Source: Microcystis aeruginosa NIES-843
GTDB lineage: Bacteria; Cyanobacteriota; Cyanobacteriia; Cyanobacteriales; Microcystaceae
Direction: 5' to 3'
Length of the DNA stretch: 32,000 bases
Assembly (NCBI RefSeq): GCF_000010625.1
Contig: NC_010296.1
Location: 5,370,001-5,402,000 of the forward strand
In this document: piece by piece, positions 16,809-24,765 of the stretch
Layout: each line of letters begins with the position of its first letter
How positions within the stretch are numbered: the stretch's first letter is position 1
Notes under the pieces: model-generated
The model's input: only the letters and a program-made list of their open reading frames with translations
What the model was told of the DNA's origin: nothing
The model's database searches: none
Made by a program: the position numbers and the translations under genes

Positions 16809-16865
16809 CGATAATGGTGTTGAGACTGAAGCTTATCTGTTAATTCCCCCCTGAAAATGACAATT

Positions 16866-17861
16866 TTACAGGGTAATTAAAGTATTTAACCAATTGATTA
16901 AATCTTCAACCGTAGAAAAATCGAATAAAGCTTCTCCTAATACTTCGACATCATCAATACTTAACTGCATAATTTTAGTTTCCAATGAAGGATTAATCTC
17001 CCCTAACTTGCGTTTAATTTGACGAAGAATCAATGTCTTTTCGCGTTCGATACCTTGTTCGATACCTTGTTCAATACCTTGTTCAATACCTTGTTCAATA
17101 CCCCGTTCGATACCTTGTTCAATACCTAGTTCAATACCTTGACGCATCCAACTGGTAGTAATTTGCATAACTCCCTCCTGTACGGGTTGACTAAATGTGC
17201 TAATCTCTTGTTGAAATTGTATCTCTTCGACCGGATTTAGATTGAGATAAGTATCAATAAATCCAGAAATTAATTCCATTTTCGCAGGATTTAACCTTAA
17301 AGTAATTAACAAGCGCAGACATTCGGCCTTAACTTTTGCTCGCTCTTTCTCGGCAATGTTCATCTTCGCCATCAAAGCTGAAGCAACCGGATTCGGCTGA
17401 TTGAGAAAATCTCGCCAATTTAATCGATTTAACTGCACTACTTGATAGTTAAATTCTAAGACTTTTAAATCAGGAAAATCGACTACATATTGACTAATCG
17501 CTTCTCTTTTTGGCTTTGAATAAGAAAAAATTACAATCGGATAAATCGGTAAGACAAATTTCTCATGAAAGCGAGCAAAATAAGTAAACATTCGCCGGTT
17601 AAACCACTTTCGGGAACTTTCCTGCGCCTCTACATGAATCAGAAAAAAAGATTCTTTTCCTCGAAACTTAACCTGTGCGACTAAATCACTTTCATACCTT
17701 TCTCCTTCCGTGACATCTGTAAATACTTCTTTGTCTAAAAAAGTAATCGATTCCCTATCTAAATAATCTATCAATTGAGGGAAAAACAACTCGATAAATT
17801 CGACAAAAAAGGTGGAGATTAACTCCTTAAATAAGCGATAATGGTCAATATTATTAGTCAT
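16866..17861 (-). CDS. YhgA/Rpn-like PD-(D/E)XK nuclease ('Rpn family recombination-promoting nuclease/putative transposase') with DUF4351 tail, family B copy 1
   Basis: 331 aa. N-terminus DHYRLFKELISTFFVEFIELFFPQ. Core: ESDLVAQV...FFLIHVEAQ...FNRRMFTYFARF. Also LNRLNWRDFLNQPNPVASALMAKM. The hinge is (GIEx)8. The tail LILRQIKRKLGEINPSLETKIMQLSIDDVEVLGEALFDFSTVEDLINWL is DUF4351-like. Confidence 0.75.
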   Translation of the reverse strand: MTNNIDHYRLFKELISTFFVEFIELFFPQLIDYLDRESITFLDKEVFTDVTEGERYESDLVAQVKFRGKESFFLIHVEAQESSRKWFNRRMFTYFARFHEKFVLPIYPIVIFSYSKPKREAISQYVVDFPDLKVLEFNYQVVQLNRLNWRDFLNQPNPVASALMAKMNIAEKERAKVKAECLRLLITLRLNPAKMELISGFIDTYLNLNPVEEIQFQQEISTFSQPVQEGVMQITTSWMRQGIELGIEQGIERGIEQGIEQGIEQGIEQGIEREKTLILRQIKRKLGEINPSLETKIMQLSIDDVEVLGEALFDFSTVEDLINWLNTLITL

Positions 17862-17960
17862 GTAATGTCATCTTAACTAATCTGAGCGATGAATGACTAC
17901 TCTTCTCTGTTGTATTCTGAAAAGTCGGTTTTGGCAACGGATTGTTATGACCTCACCCCC

Positions 17961-18065
17961 TTAACCTACAGCGATTGCCAAATTCGCCCAAAAACCATCA
18001 GATTGAGCAAAATCGAACAAACTATCGTAAACAGCAGGAAAAATCGGCAAAAGAGAAGAAGTCAT
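17961..18065 (-). pseudogene. 34-codon stub of a giant-protein gene (MTSSLLPIFPAVYDSLFDFAQSDGFWANLAIAVG-stop) abutting the family B unit
   Basis: It is homologous at DNA and protein level to the first 34 codons of the 1318-aa gene (…FAQSDGFWVNLETAFG…). Homology ends at about 17969, where the family B unit begins. Confidence 0.7.
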
Positions 18066-18095
18066 GACTATAACTGCAAAAGTTTATTGCTAACA

Positions 18096-18125
18096 GTTTT
18101 AGCCCAACAATCCCCAATTTTTCAA
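18096..18125 (-). promoter_or_regulatory. sigma70-like promoter copy (TTGAAA - 18 nt - TAAAAC) in front of the leader stub
   Basis: Same position and spacing relative to the ATG as in the other four copies. The flanking sequence is closest to the giant-gene copy. Confidence 0.4.
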
Positions 18126-18240
18126 GGGTGCTATCACAAAAATTAACATTTATTACAAGAAAACGGGTTTCTCGTAATGTTCACTACCCGATGAAATTGC
18201 TCTGGTAAAATGTCCATAATAGACAAGAGAGAATTTACTT

Positions 18241-18453
18241 ATGAGTGTAGCCGACGAAATTTACAAAATCGTGAAATCAATGCCTGAAGATCGAGCGAAT
18301 AAAATTTTGGATTTTGCAAAGTTTTTGCAAGCTAAACCAGAGTTAGAAGATAAGCCATTAGATTTCCGCGATGCGGCGGGATTGGGGCAAGAAATGTGGC
18401 AATCAATTGATGTAGATGCTTATATTCAGCAGGAGCGATCATCATGGGAATAG
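18241..18453 (+). CDS. type II antitoxin (VapB-position small protein, DUF2281-like N-terminus)
   Basis: 70 aa. It overlaps the downstream PIN gene by 10 nt. N-terminal pattern: IYKIVKSMPEDRANKILDFAKFLQ. Confidence 0.6.
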   Translation: MSVADEIYKIVKSMPEDRANKILDFAKFLQAKPELEDKPLDFRDAAGLGQEMWQSIDVDAYIQQERSSWE

Positions 18454-18878
18454 TTTTACAACCGGGAAATATTGTATTTTTAGATACGGCTCCTTTTATT
18501 GACTTTTTCGAGCAACATCCCATCTTTTTTCCTTATATGGAAAAGTTATTTTATGATGTCTCCATTTATCAGGTTAAGGTTATCACTTCGATGATCACTT
18601 TTATCGAAATTGTTACCCATCCAGCAAGGATAGGTAATCAGGAGTTGGTAGAACAATACCGGACATATTTCACCCGTTCGAGCCAAATTACTCTGTTACC
18701 AATCGATTTATCTATTGCTAAGGAGGCGATCGCTCTTCCTACCCAATACACTCTCAAAACACCCGATGCGATTCAACTGGGAACAGCGATCGCATATTCA
18801 GCAACCTACATTATCACTAATGATAGGCAATGGAAACAGTTAACTCATCAAAATGTATTGCTAGTAGATGAAATGTAG
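18444..18878 (+). CDS. vapC: PIN-domain ribonuclease toxin (VapC family)
   Basis: 144 aa. The conserved acidic positions are visible (FLDTAPF, FIEIV, TPDAIQLGTA, IITNDRQW). It is translationally coupled to the upstream small ORF. Confidence 0.75.
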   Translation: MGIVLQPGNIVFLDTAPFIDFFEQHPIFFPYMEKLFYDVSIYQVKVITSMITFIEIVTHPARIGNQELVEQYRTYFTRSSQITLLPIDLSIAKEAIALPTQYTLKTPDAIQLGTAIAYSATYIITNDRQWKQLTHQNVLLVDEM

Positions 18879-18920
18879 CGAATCAGTTCTGGAAATGAAT
18901 GATTTTACCTCTCCCCCTAA

Positions 18921-18972
18921 CCCCATCTCCTCGTAGGAGAGGGGGAATTGCGACTCCTGCGAGGAGATGGGG
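18921..18972. repeat. 13-bp inverted repeat CCCCATCTCCTCG / CGAGGAGATGGGG with two internal mini-palindromes
   Basis: The arms at 18921-18933 and 18960-18972 are exact complements. Internal CTCCTCGTAGGAG and CTCCTGCGAGGAG are each self-complementary. It lies 3' of vapC. Confidence 0.6.
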
Positions 18973-19028
18973 AAATACACTGATAACTGTTAACTGTTAA
19001 CTGAAATTCATACCTGAAAATGACAATT

Positions 19029-20036
19029 TTACAGGGTAATTAAAGTATTTAACCAATTGATTAAATCTTCAACCGTAGAAAAATCGAATAAAGCTTCTCC
19101 TAATACTTCGACATCATCAATACTTAACTGCATAATTTTAGTTTCCAATGAAGGATTAATCTCCCCTAACTTGCGTTTAATTTGACGAAGAATCAATGTC
19201 TTTTCCCGTTCAATACCTTGTTCGATACCTTGTTCAATACCTTGTTCAATACCTTGTTCAATACCTTGTTCAATACCCCGTTCGATACCTTGTTCAATAC
19301 CTAGTTCAATACCTTGACGCATCCAACTGGTAGTAATTTGCATAACTCCCTCCTGTACGGGTTGACTAAATGTGCTAATCTCTTGTTGAAATTGTATCTC
19401 TTCGACCGGATTTAGATTGAGATAAGTATCAATAAATCCAGAAATTAATTGCATTCTCGCCGCATCTAACCTTAAAGTAATTAACAAGCGCAGACATTCG
19501 GCCTTAACTTTTGCTCGCTCTTTCTCGGCAATGTTCATCTTCGCCATCAAAGCTGAAGCAACCGGATTCGGCTGATTGAGAAAATCTCGCCAATTTAATC
19601 GATTTAACTGCACTACTTGATAGTTAAATTCTAAGACTTTTAAATCAGGAAAATCGACTACATATTGACTAATTGCTTCTCTTTTTGGCTTTGAATAAGA
19701 AAAAATTACAATCGGATAAATCGGTAAGACAAATTTCTCATGAAAGCGAGCAAAATAAGTAAACATTCGCCGGTTAAACCACTTTCGGGAACTTTCCTGC
19801 GCCTCTACATGAATCAGAAAAAAAGATTCTTTTCCTCGAAACTTAACCTGTGCGACTAAATCACTTTCATACCTTTCTCCTTCCGTGACATCGGTAAATA
19901 CTTCTTTGTCTAAAAAAGTAATCGAGTCCCTATCTAAATAATCTATCAATTGAGGGAAAAACAACTCGATAAATTCGACAAAAAAGGTGGAGATTAACTC
20001 CTTAAATAAGCGATCATGGTCAATATTATTAGTCAT
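19029..20036 (-). CDS. YhgA/Rpn-like nuclease with DUF4351 tail, family B copy 2
   Basis: 335 aa. It is near-identical to B1, differing by an extra GIEQ unit, a small patch (DAARMQ vs NPAKME) and two point changes. Confidence 0.75.
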   Translation of the reverse strand: MTNNIDHDRLFKELISTFFVEFIELFFPQLIDYLDRDSITFLDKEVFTDVTEGERYESDLVAQVKFRGKESFFLIHVEAQESSRKWFNRRMFTYFARFHEKFVLPIYPIVIFSYSKPKREAISQYVVDFPDLKVLEFNYQVVQLNRLNWRDFLNQPNPVASALMAKMNIAEKERAKVKAECLRLLITLRLDAARMQLISGFIDTYLNLNPVEEIQFQQEISTFSQPVQEGVMQITTSWMRQGIELGIEQGIERGIEQGIEQGIEQGIEQGIEQGIEREKTLILRQIKRKLGEINPSLETKIMQLSIDDVEVLGEALFDFSTVEDLINWLNTLITL

Positions 20037-20089
20037 GTAATGTCATCTTAACTAATCTGAGCGATGAATGACTACTCTTCTCTATTATA

Positions 20090-20293
20090 GGGTTTGCTGA
20101 AAAAGTTTCTCGTGGGGGCAGGGTGTGGGGTGTAGGGTGTAGGGTTTTACCCATTTTCAGGTGGTCAATTACCTAATTTTCAGGGAAAAAGTACCTGAAT
20201 TTTACCCCCGATCACTCCGATAGCCAGTACTTTTTGATTTCCCAAAAGTCTAAAAGTCTTACCCAACAAGGTTTTTAGATTTATTCAGCAAGC
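20090..20293. mobile_element. MITE (~204 bp) with a G-rich GGGGTGT/AGGGTGT heptamer tract
   Basis: Left end GGGTTTGCTGAA..., right end ...TTCAGCAAGC. A 9-10 bp direct duplication (C)TCTATTATA lies at 20080-20089 and 20293-20302. The uninterrupted equivalent site is present upstream of B1 (17901-17920). Confidence 0.8.
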
Positions 20294-20392
20294 TCTATTA
20301 TATTCTGAGAAGTCGGTTTTGGCAACGGATTGTTATGACCTTACCCCCTTAACTTACGAGGAGAGGGGGATGCTTCCCGCAAAAAACCCCAC

Positions 20393-20425
20393 AGAAAACG
20401 GGTTTCTTGAAGAAACCCGTTTTCT
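20393..20425 (-). terminator. 33-nt hairpin variant (AGAAAACGGGTTTCTT G AAGAAACCCGTTTTCT)
   Basis: Same arms as the unit-boundary hairpins. It lies upstream of the B2 unit. Confidence 0.45.
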
Positions 20426-20429
20426 CGAT

Positions 20430-20492
20430 CAGAAATTAATTACATTTTCGCTAGATTTAACCTTAAAGTGATTAACAAGCGCAGACATTCCG
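20430..20492 (-). pseudogene. ~63-bp remnant of a third family B Rpn-like gene
   Basis: CAGAAATTAATTACATTTTCGCTAGATTTAACCTTAAAGTGATTAACAAGCGCAGACATTC aligns to the internal B1 sequence 17264-17326 with a few mismatches. Confidence 0.7.
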
Positions 20493-20708
20493 CTAACCGA
20501 TCACAAAAAAAACTGGAGCGAGCGCTTTTCGCCACCCCAGTGCTGTCACGGAATTCAATTCTGTATCTAAATTAACACATTATTGGCAGCAAGCATAATT
20601 AAGGAAATTGGAAATTTTTCCGAAAGGGGTTTCCAAAGGCTGTAACCTTTACTGACAGGGGATTTCGAGCCTGATAAGGCTAAAGTTTTTGGAGTCTATC
20701 CTCGAAAA

Positions 20709-22136
20709 TTAAACTTCGGCCCTGAGATGTTCCCCCAGATGAACGGTTTTCACCCATTTTAAACGTTTAGGACGCAAAGCCATCCGCAGGCTGACACTGG
20801 GAATAATAATAAACCAGTGCATCATATAAATCATGCCACGAATGGTTTGAGCAAGGATGTCCAAACCGAGAGCGAAAGTGAATTTTTTACCCGTATTAAC
20901 TCGGATTAATCCTGTCACCATCCCCCAGAGAGAAAGGGAAAGAGCCAAACCAGTTAAAGGCGTTAAAATCGGAGCTTGATGACGAGTAATAGTGATTAAA
21001 AGATCGGGAATAGCGGCCGCAGGTAAGATATATTGAACGATCAAAAAAGCAATTAAATCAAACTTTTTCGGCCAAGGCATGGGAGACTTTAAAATTGCTT
21101 TCCAATAGTCGAGATAACGCTGAAAACCACCTTCGGCCCAACGATTGCGCTGATGCCATAAAGCGATCGCAGTTGTCACCCCTTCTTCCGCTACTGCGGG
21201 AAAATTTAAGATATTAATTTTCCAATTATCGATATGGAGACGAATAGTTAAATCAAGATCGTCGGTGATCGTTTGTTCATTCCAACCCCCGCAACGATTT
21301 AAGGCACTACGACGGACAAATTGACCATTTCCGCGCAATTCTCCGATCCCTCCCACCGCGATCCGTTGCTGTTGGAAACAGCTATCAAAGATCATTTCTA
21401 CCGCTTGTCCTTTTGTCCAGAAGTTTTCGGCGGCATTGGCGATCGCTTTTCGCACCTGTACCGCACCCACTTCTCGATCGTCGAACATCGGGACGACATG
21501 ACGCAGTAAATCGGCGGATAATCCCGCATCGGCATCGAATACGCCGATAATTTCCCCGTTAGTCAGGGATAAAACCTGATTCAAGGCGCCGGATTTGCCA
21601 CCTCCGGCATTAGCAGGACGATGGAGAATTTGTAATTGGGGATATTCTAGAGCCAGGCGATCGAGAATCGCCCCCGTGTTATCGGTGCTATAGTCATCGA
21701 CGATCCAAACTTCTAATTTATCTTGGGGGTAGTCTAGATGACAGAGATAATTAACCAGTTTCGTGATTACGGTTTCTTCATTTTTGGCCGCTACTAAGAG
21801 GGACACCCTAGGTACAGAGGCTAAATCCTTATCCAGTAAGGGAATTGGCGGCGTTTCTGGTTTCGTGAACAGCAGCCGCAAAGCTTGTCCCGATAGTACC
21901 ATAGTTAAGGCGATAATTGCCCAATAACCCCAACTAAGCCAATGAAGTCCGATAATTATTGTCCAGATCGCCATGAGGCTAAAAGCCGCTTTCTGTCTGC
22001 GTCCCGATCGGCCTTGAAAAATTTCGCTCCTAAATTCGTCCTCTTCGTCTTCGGGATCGGACCAGTCAGATAGGAGGGAACCAATCGGGTCTAATTCTTC
22101 GTTATCATCCTCTCGCGACCAATAATTTTCTGCCAT
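20709..22136 (-). CDS. family 2 glycosyltransferase, membrane-bound, processive-type (possibly the cyanobacterial monoglucosyl-diacylglycerol synthase type)
   Basis: 475 aa. GT-A motifs: VAAKNEE, VDDYSTDNT, FDADA, QRNRWAEGG (QxxRW). TM helices flank these motifs, and there is an acidic N-terminal extension. The specific lipid-synthase call is recollection of size and architecture only. Confidence 0.7.
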   Translation of the reverse strand: MAENYWSREDDNEELDPIGSLLSDWSDPEDEEDEFRSEIFQGRSGRRQKAAFSLMAIWTIIIGLHWLSWGYWAIIALTMVLSGQALRLLFTKPETPPIPLLDKDLASVPRVSLLVAAKNEETVITKLVNYLCHLDYPQDKLEVWIVDDYSTDNTGAILDRLALEYPQLQILHRPANAGGGKSGALNQVLSLTNGEIIGVFDADAGLSADLLRHVVPMFDDREVGAVQVRKAIANAAENFWTKGQAVEMIFDSCFQQQRIAVGGIGELRGNGQFVRRSALNRCGGWNEQTITDDLDLTIRLHIDNWKINILNFPAVAEEGVTTAIALWHQRNRWAEGGFQRYLDYWKAILKSPMPWPKKFDLIAFLIVQYILPAAAIPDLLITITRHQAPILTPLTGLALSLSLWGMVTGLIRVNTGKKFTFALGLDILAQTIRGMIYMMHWFIIIPSVSLRMALRPKRLKWVKTVHLGEHLRAEV

Positions 22137-22347
22137 AATCGACTCAGGTTAAGTAACTGTTCCAGTAGACGCTTGTTTCTTGCTTTATTTTACCGAAAAT
22201 TGTTAAAATTTTTAACAGAATCTTAAGTTTTTTCGGGAAAGAAACCCTAGTTTTTCAGGCTATTGGTTTTTTTTGCCCGATAAATGCGCTTTTTCGGCTA
22301 AGATTGCTCTGTTTACATTCGTTGAGAAAATTTAACATTTATCCCCT

Positions 22348-23583
22348 ATGTCAAACCTGCTCCTCTGTGTCGGACTGATTTGTGGCTCAATTATTTGGGT
22401 GGAGATCGTGCGTGATAGCTATCATGCTCTGGCCCACCATTGGCAGCCCCTTTATCGTCTGCACGTCTGGCATCATCGGGTTTTTCGTCCCGATCTGTCG
22501 GTAATGAGCGAGGAAATTTATCGTCGGGCGCACTGGTACAATGATGTACCAGAGGCCTTGGTGATGTTGGCTGCCAGTGTTTTACCTGTACTACTGGCCT
22601 ACTCTTGGGGGTTCGATCGCCCTTGGTTGGGTTGGTTAGGTTCCCTTTATACTTTGACTTTTCTCAGTACGGCGATCGGTCGAGGTTTAGGCATCGCCAA
22701 TCTGGAGGAATTAACCGATTTAACCCATCGTCCGGGGCAATTTGAGAGTTTACCGGCTCAATGGCGCGTTAATCGTACCTACCACTGGCGACACCATTTT
22801 GATAACCAAAAGGCTTATTATTGTGGAACTTTCACCTTTATGGATAAATTGATGGGGACGGCACTTTCTCTTAAGGGTAAAACGATCGCCATTACCGGAG
22901 CGAATGGAACCTTAGGGCGATCGCTGTTAAAGTACCTACAACTGAAAGGAGCTAAGGTAATCGCGCTCACTTCCAGGGAGAATGCGATCGCTATTGAAAT
23001 TAACGGCGAATCAGTACCTGTAAAAACCGTGAAATGGCAAATCGGTGAAGAAACGCAACTTGAGGACTTATTTAGGTCTGTAGATATACTGATTTTAAAT
23101 CATGGCGTTAATGTCCACGGCCAAAGAACCCCAGAAGCGATCGAATTAGCCTACCAAGTGAATACTTTTTCCGTCTGGCGTTTAATGGAATTATTCTTCA
23201 AAACTGTCCGCACTAACGAGCAAATTGCCCGCAAGGAAGTCTGGGTGAATACCTCGGAAGCAGAGGTTAATCCTGCCTTTAGTCCCCTCTACGAACTCAG
23301 TAAACGAGCGATCGGTGATATGATTACCCTGCGTCGTTTAGATGCCCCCTGTGTGGTAAGAAAGCTAATTCTTGGCCCTTTTAAGAGTAATTTAAATCCT
23401 CTGGGTATTATGTCCGCCGATTGGGTGGCTAAACAGATTATCAAGGCGGTACAGAGGGATAGCCGCAATATTATTATTACTATTAATCCCTTGACTTTTA
23501 TCACCTTCCCAATTAAGGAATTCTCTGTTTCTACTTACTTAAAACTATTTACTCGTTCCCCAAAAAATCGGGAAAATCCCTAA
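22348..23583 (+). CDS. fusion protein: N-terminal fatty-acid hydroxylase/sterol-desaturase-like His-box membrane domain plus C-terminal short-chain dehydrogenase
   Basis: His boxes HALAHHW, HVWHHRVF, HWRHHF. Then the Rossmann motif ITGANGTLGRSL and YxxxK (YELSK). This matches the common cyanobacterial 'bifunctional sterol desaturase/short chain dehydrogenase' architecture. Confidence 0.75.
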   Translation: MSNLLLCVGLICGSIIWVEIVRDSYHALAHHWQPLYRLHVWHHRVFRPDLSVMSEEIYRRAHWYNDVPEALVMLAASVLPVLLAYSWGFDRPWLGWLGSLYTLTFLSTAIGRGLGIANLEELTDLTHRPGQFESLPAQWRVNRTYHWRHHFDNQKAYYCGTFTFMDKLMGTALSLKGKTIAITGANGTLGRSLLKYLQLKGAKVIALTSRENAIAIEINGESVPVKTVKWQIGEETQLEDLFRSVDILILNHGVNVHGQRTPEAIELAYQVNTFSVWRLMELFFKTVRTNEQIARKEVWVNTSEAEVNPAFSPLYELSKRAIGDMITLRRLDAPCVVRKLILGPFKSNLNPLGIMSADWVAKQIIKAVQRDSRNIIITINPLTFITFPIKEFSVSTYLKLFTRSPKNRENP

Positions 23584-23590
23584 CTATTTA

Positions 23591-23805
23591 GGGTTTGCAG
23601 CAAAAAGTTTGTTGGTGGGGACAGGGTGTGGGGTGTGGGGTGTGGGGTGTAGGGTTTTACCCATTTTCAGGGGGTTAATTACCTAATTTTCAGGGAAAAA
23701 GTCCAGGGATTTTCCCCCCGATCACTCCCATATCTGGTACTTTTTGATTGACAAAAGGTCTAAAAGTGTTACCCAACAAGGTTTTCAGATTTATTCAGCA
23801 AACCC
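23591..23805. mobile_element. MITE (~215 bp), same family as 20090-20293
   Basis: TIRs GGGTTTGCAGCAAA / TTATTCAGCAAACCC. The 10-bp duplication TAACTATTTA (23581-23590 and 23806-23815) includes the stop codon of the upstream gene. It has a longer GGGGTGT tract. Confidence 0.85.
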
Positions 23806-23818
23806 TAACTATTTATCC

Positions 23819-24763
23819 TTAATCGGGGATCAGGACTATTTTTCCGCGCACTCTTTCCGATTCACTATAATTATGAGCTTCTACCACCTGGGAAAAAGTA
23901 TAGGTGCGATCGATTCTAACAGTTAATTTTCCCGATTCGATCGCTTCTTTGAGAAATTGCCAGTCAGACGCTTGTGCTTGAGCAAAAAATATCAGTTTCC
24001 CTTTTTGGGGCAACCAAGCACCGAGATAATTTAGGAAGATAATTCCGGGATTTGGGAGGGTGGTTATATAGGTCCCTTGGGGTTTTAAAAGCTGACGACA
24101 GTGCCAAAAAGAAGACTTAGCCACAGCATCGAAGATTATATCATATTTCTGCTCGGTTTTTCTCCAATCTTCTTGGGTATAATCGATAACTTTATCGGCT
24201 CCTAAAGAGGTGACATAATCGATATTTTTACTACTACAAACTCCATCTACTTGCGCGGAGAAAATTTTTCCTATCTGCACGGCAAAGCTACCCACTCCTC
24301 CCGATGCACCATTAACTAAAATCCGATTTCCTGCTTGAATACCGCCAAAATCCCGCAAGACTTGCAAAGCGGTAGAAGCGGCTAAAGGAGTGGCGGCAGC
24401 TTCAATAAAACTCTGATTATGCGGTTTTTTAACTAATAGGGAAGCGGGAATAATTGCATATTCAGCATAGGTTCTACCGGGTAATTGATTGAGAAAACCA
24501 AAAACCTCATCTCCGATCTGGAATTGTTCCACCTGACTGCCTTTTTCAACGATAATTCCCCCATAATCAAAACCTAATTGCAGGGGAAATTTATTACCTG
24601 TGGCTATTTTGAGCATCCCCCGACGAATCTTCCAATCAATCGGATTAATTCCCGCTGCCATAATCTTAATTAAGACTTCTTTCCCTTGGGGAATTGGCTT
24701 TTCTATTTCGGTGTATTGGAGAACATTACTATCGCCATAGCGATTAATGATAATAGCTTTCAT
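23819..24763 (-). CDS. NADPH:quinone oxidoreductase-like medium-chain dehydrogenase/reductase
   Basis: MKAIIINRYGDSNVLQYTEIEKP..., GVNPIDWKIR-type segment, nucleotide-binding VNGASGGVGSFAVQIGK. The start was moved to Met23 of the tracked ORF (ATG at 24763), just after the upstream gene's stop. Confidence 0.8.
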   Translation of the reverse strand: MKAIIINRYGDSNVLQYTEIEKPIPQGKEVLIKIMAAGINPIDWKIRRGMLKIATGNKFPLQLGFDYGGIIVEKGSQVEQFQIGDEVFGFLNQLPGRTYAEYAIIPASLLVKKPHNQSFIEAAATPLAASTALQVLRDFGGIQAGNRILVNGASGGVGSFAVQIGKIFSAQVDGVCSSKNIDYVTSLGADKVIDYTQEDWRKTEQKYDIIFDAVAKSSFWHCRQLLKPQGTYITTLPNPGIIFLNYLGAWLPQKGKLIFFAQAQASDWQFLKEAIESGKLTVRIDRTYTFSQVVEAHNYSESERVRGKIVLIPD

Positions 24764-24765
24764 AA

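Noticed and set aside
12631-18146. Repeated 67-aa plus-strand ORFs (12631-12834, 14142-14345, 15666-15869) and the 85-aa ORF at 17889-18146
   Set aside because: They are the antisense shadow of the leader, promoter and hairpin module. They run through the promoter hexamers and hairpin, and the repetition reflects the tandem unit rather than selection.
18332-18523. Minus-strand 63-aa ORF overlapping the vapB/vapC junction
   Set aside because: It is antisense to a translationally coupled TA pair and has no motifs.
18908-18945. Apparent second inverted repeat CCTCTCCCCC / GGAGAGGGGG interleaved with the 13-bp repeat (a pseudoknot-like layout)
   Set aside because: On checking, the second element is the complement but not the reverse complement. 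Only a 6-bp CCTCTC/GAGAGG pairing is possible, so no pseudoknot claim is made.
23744-23926. 60-aa plus-strand ORF spanning the MITE end and the 3' end of the oxidoreductase gene
   Set aside because: It starts inside a MITE and runs antisense into a supported gene, so it is a chance ORF.
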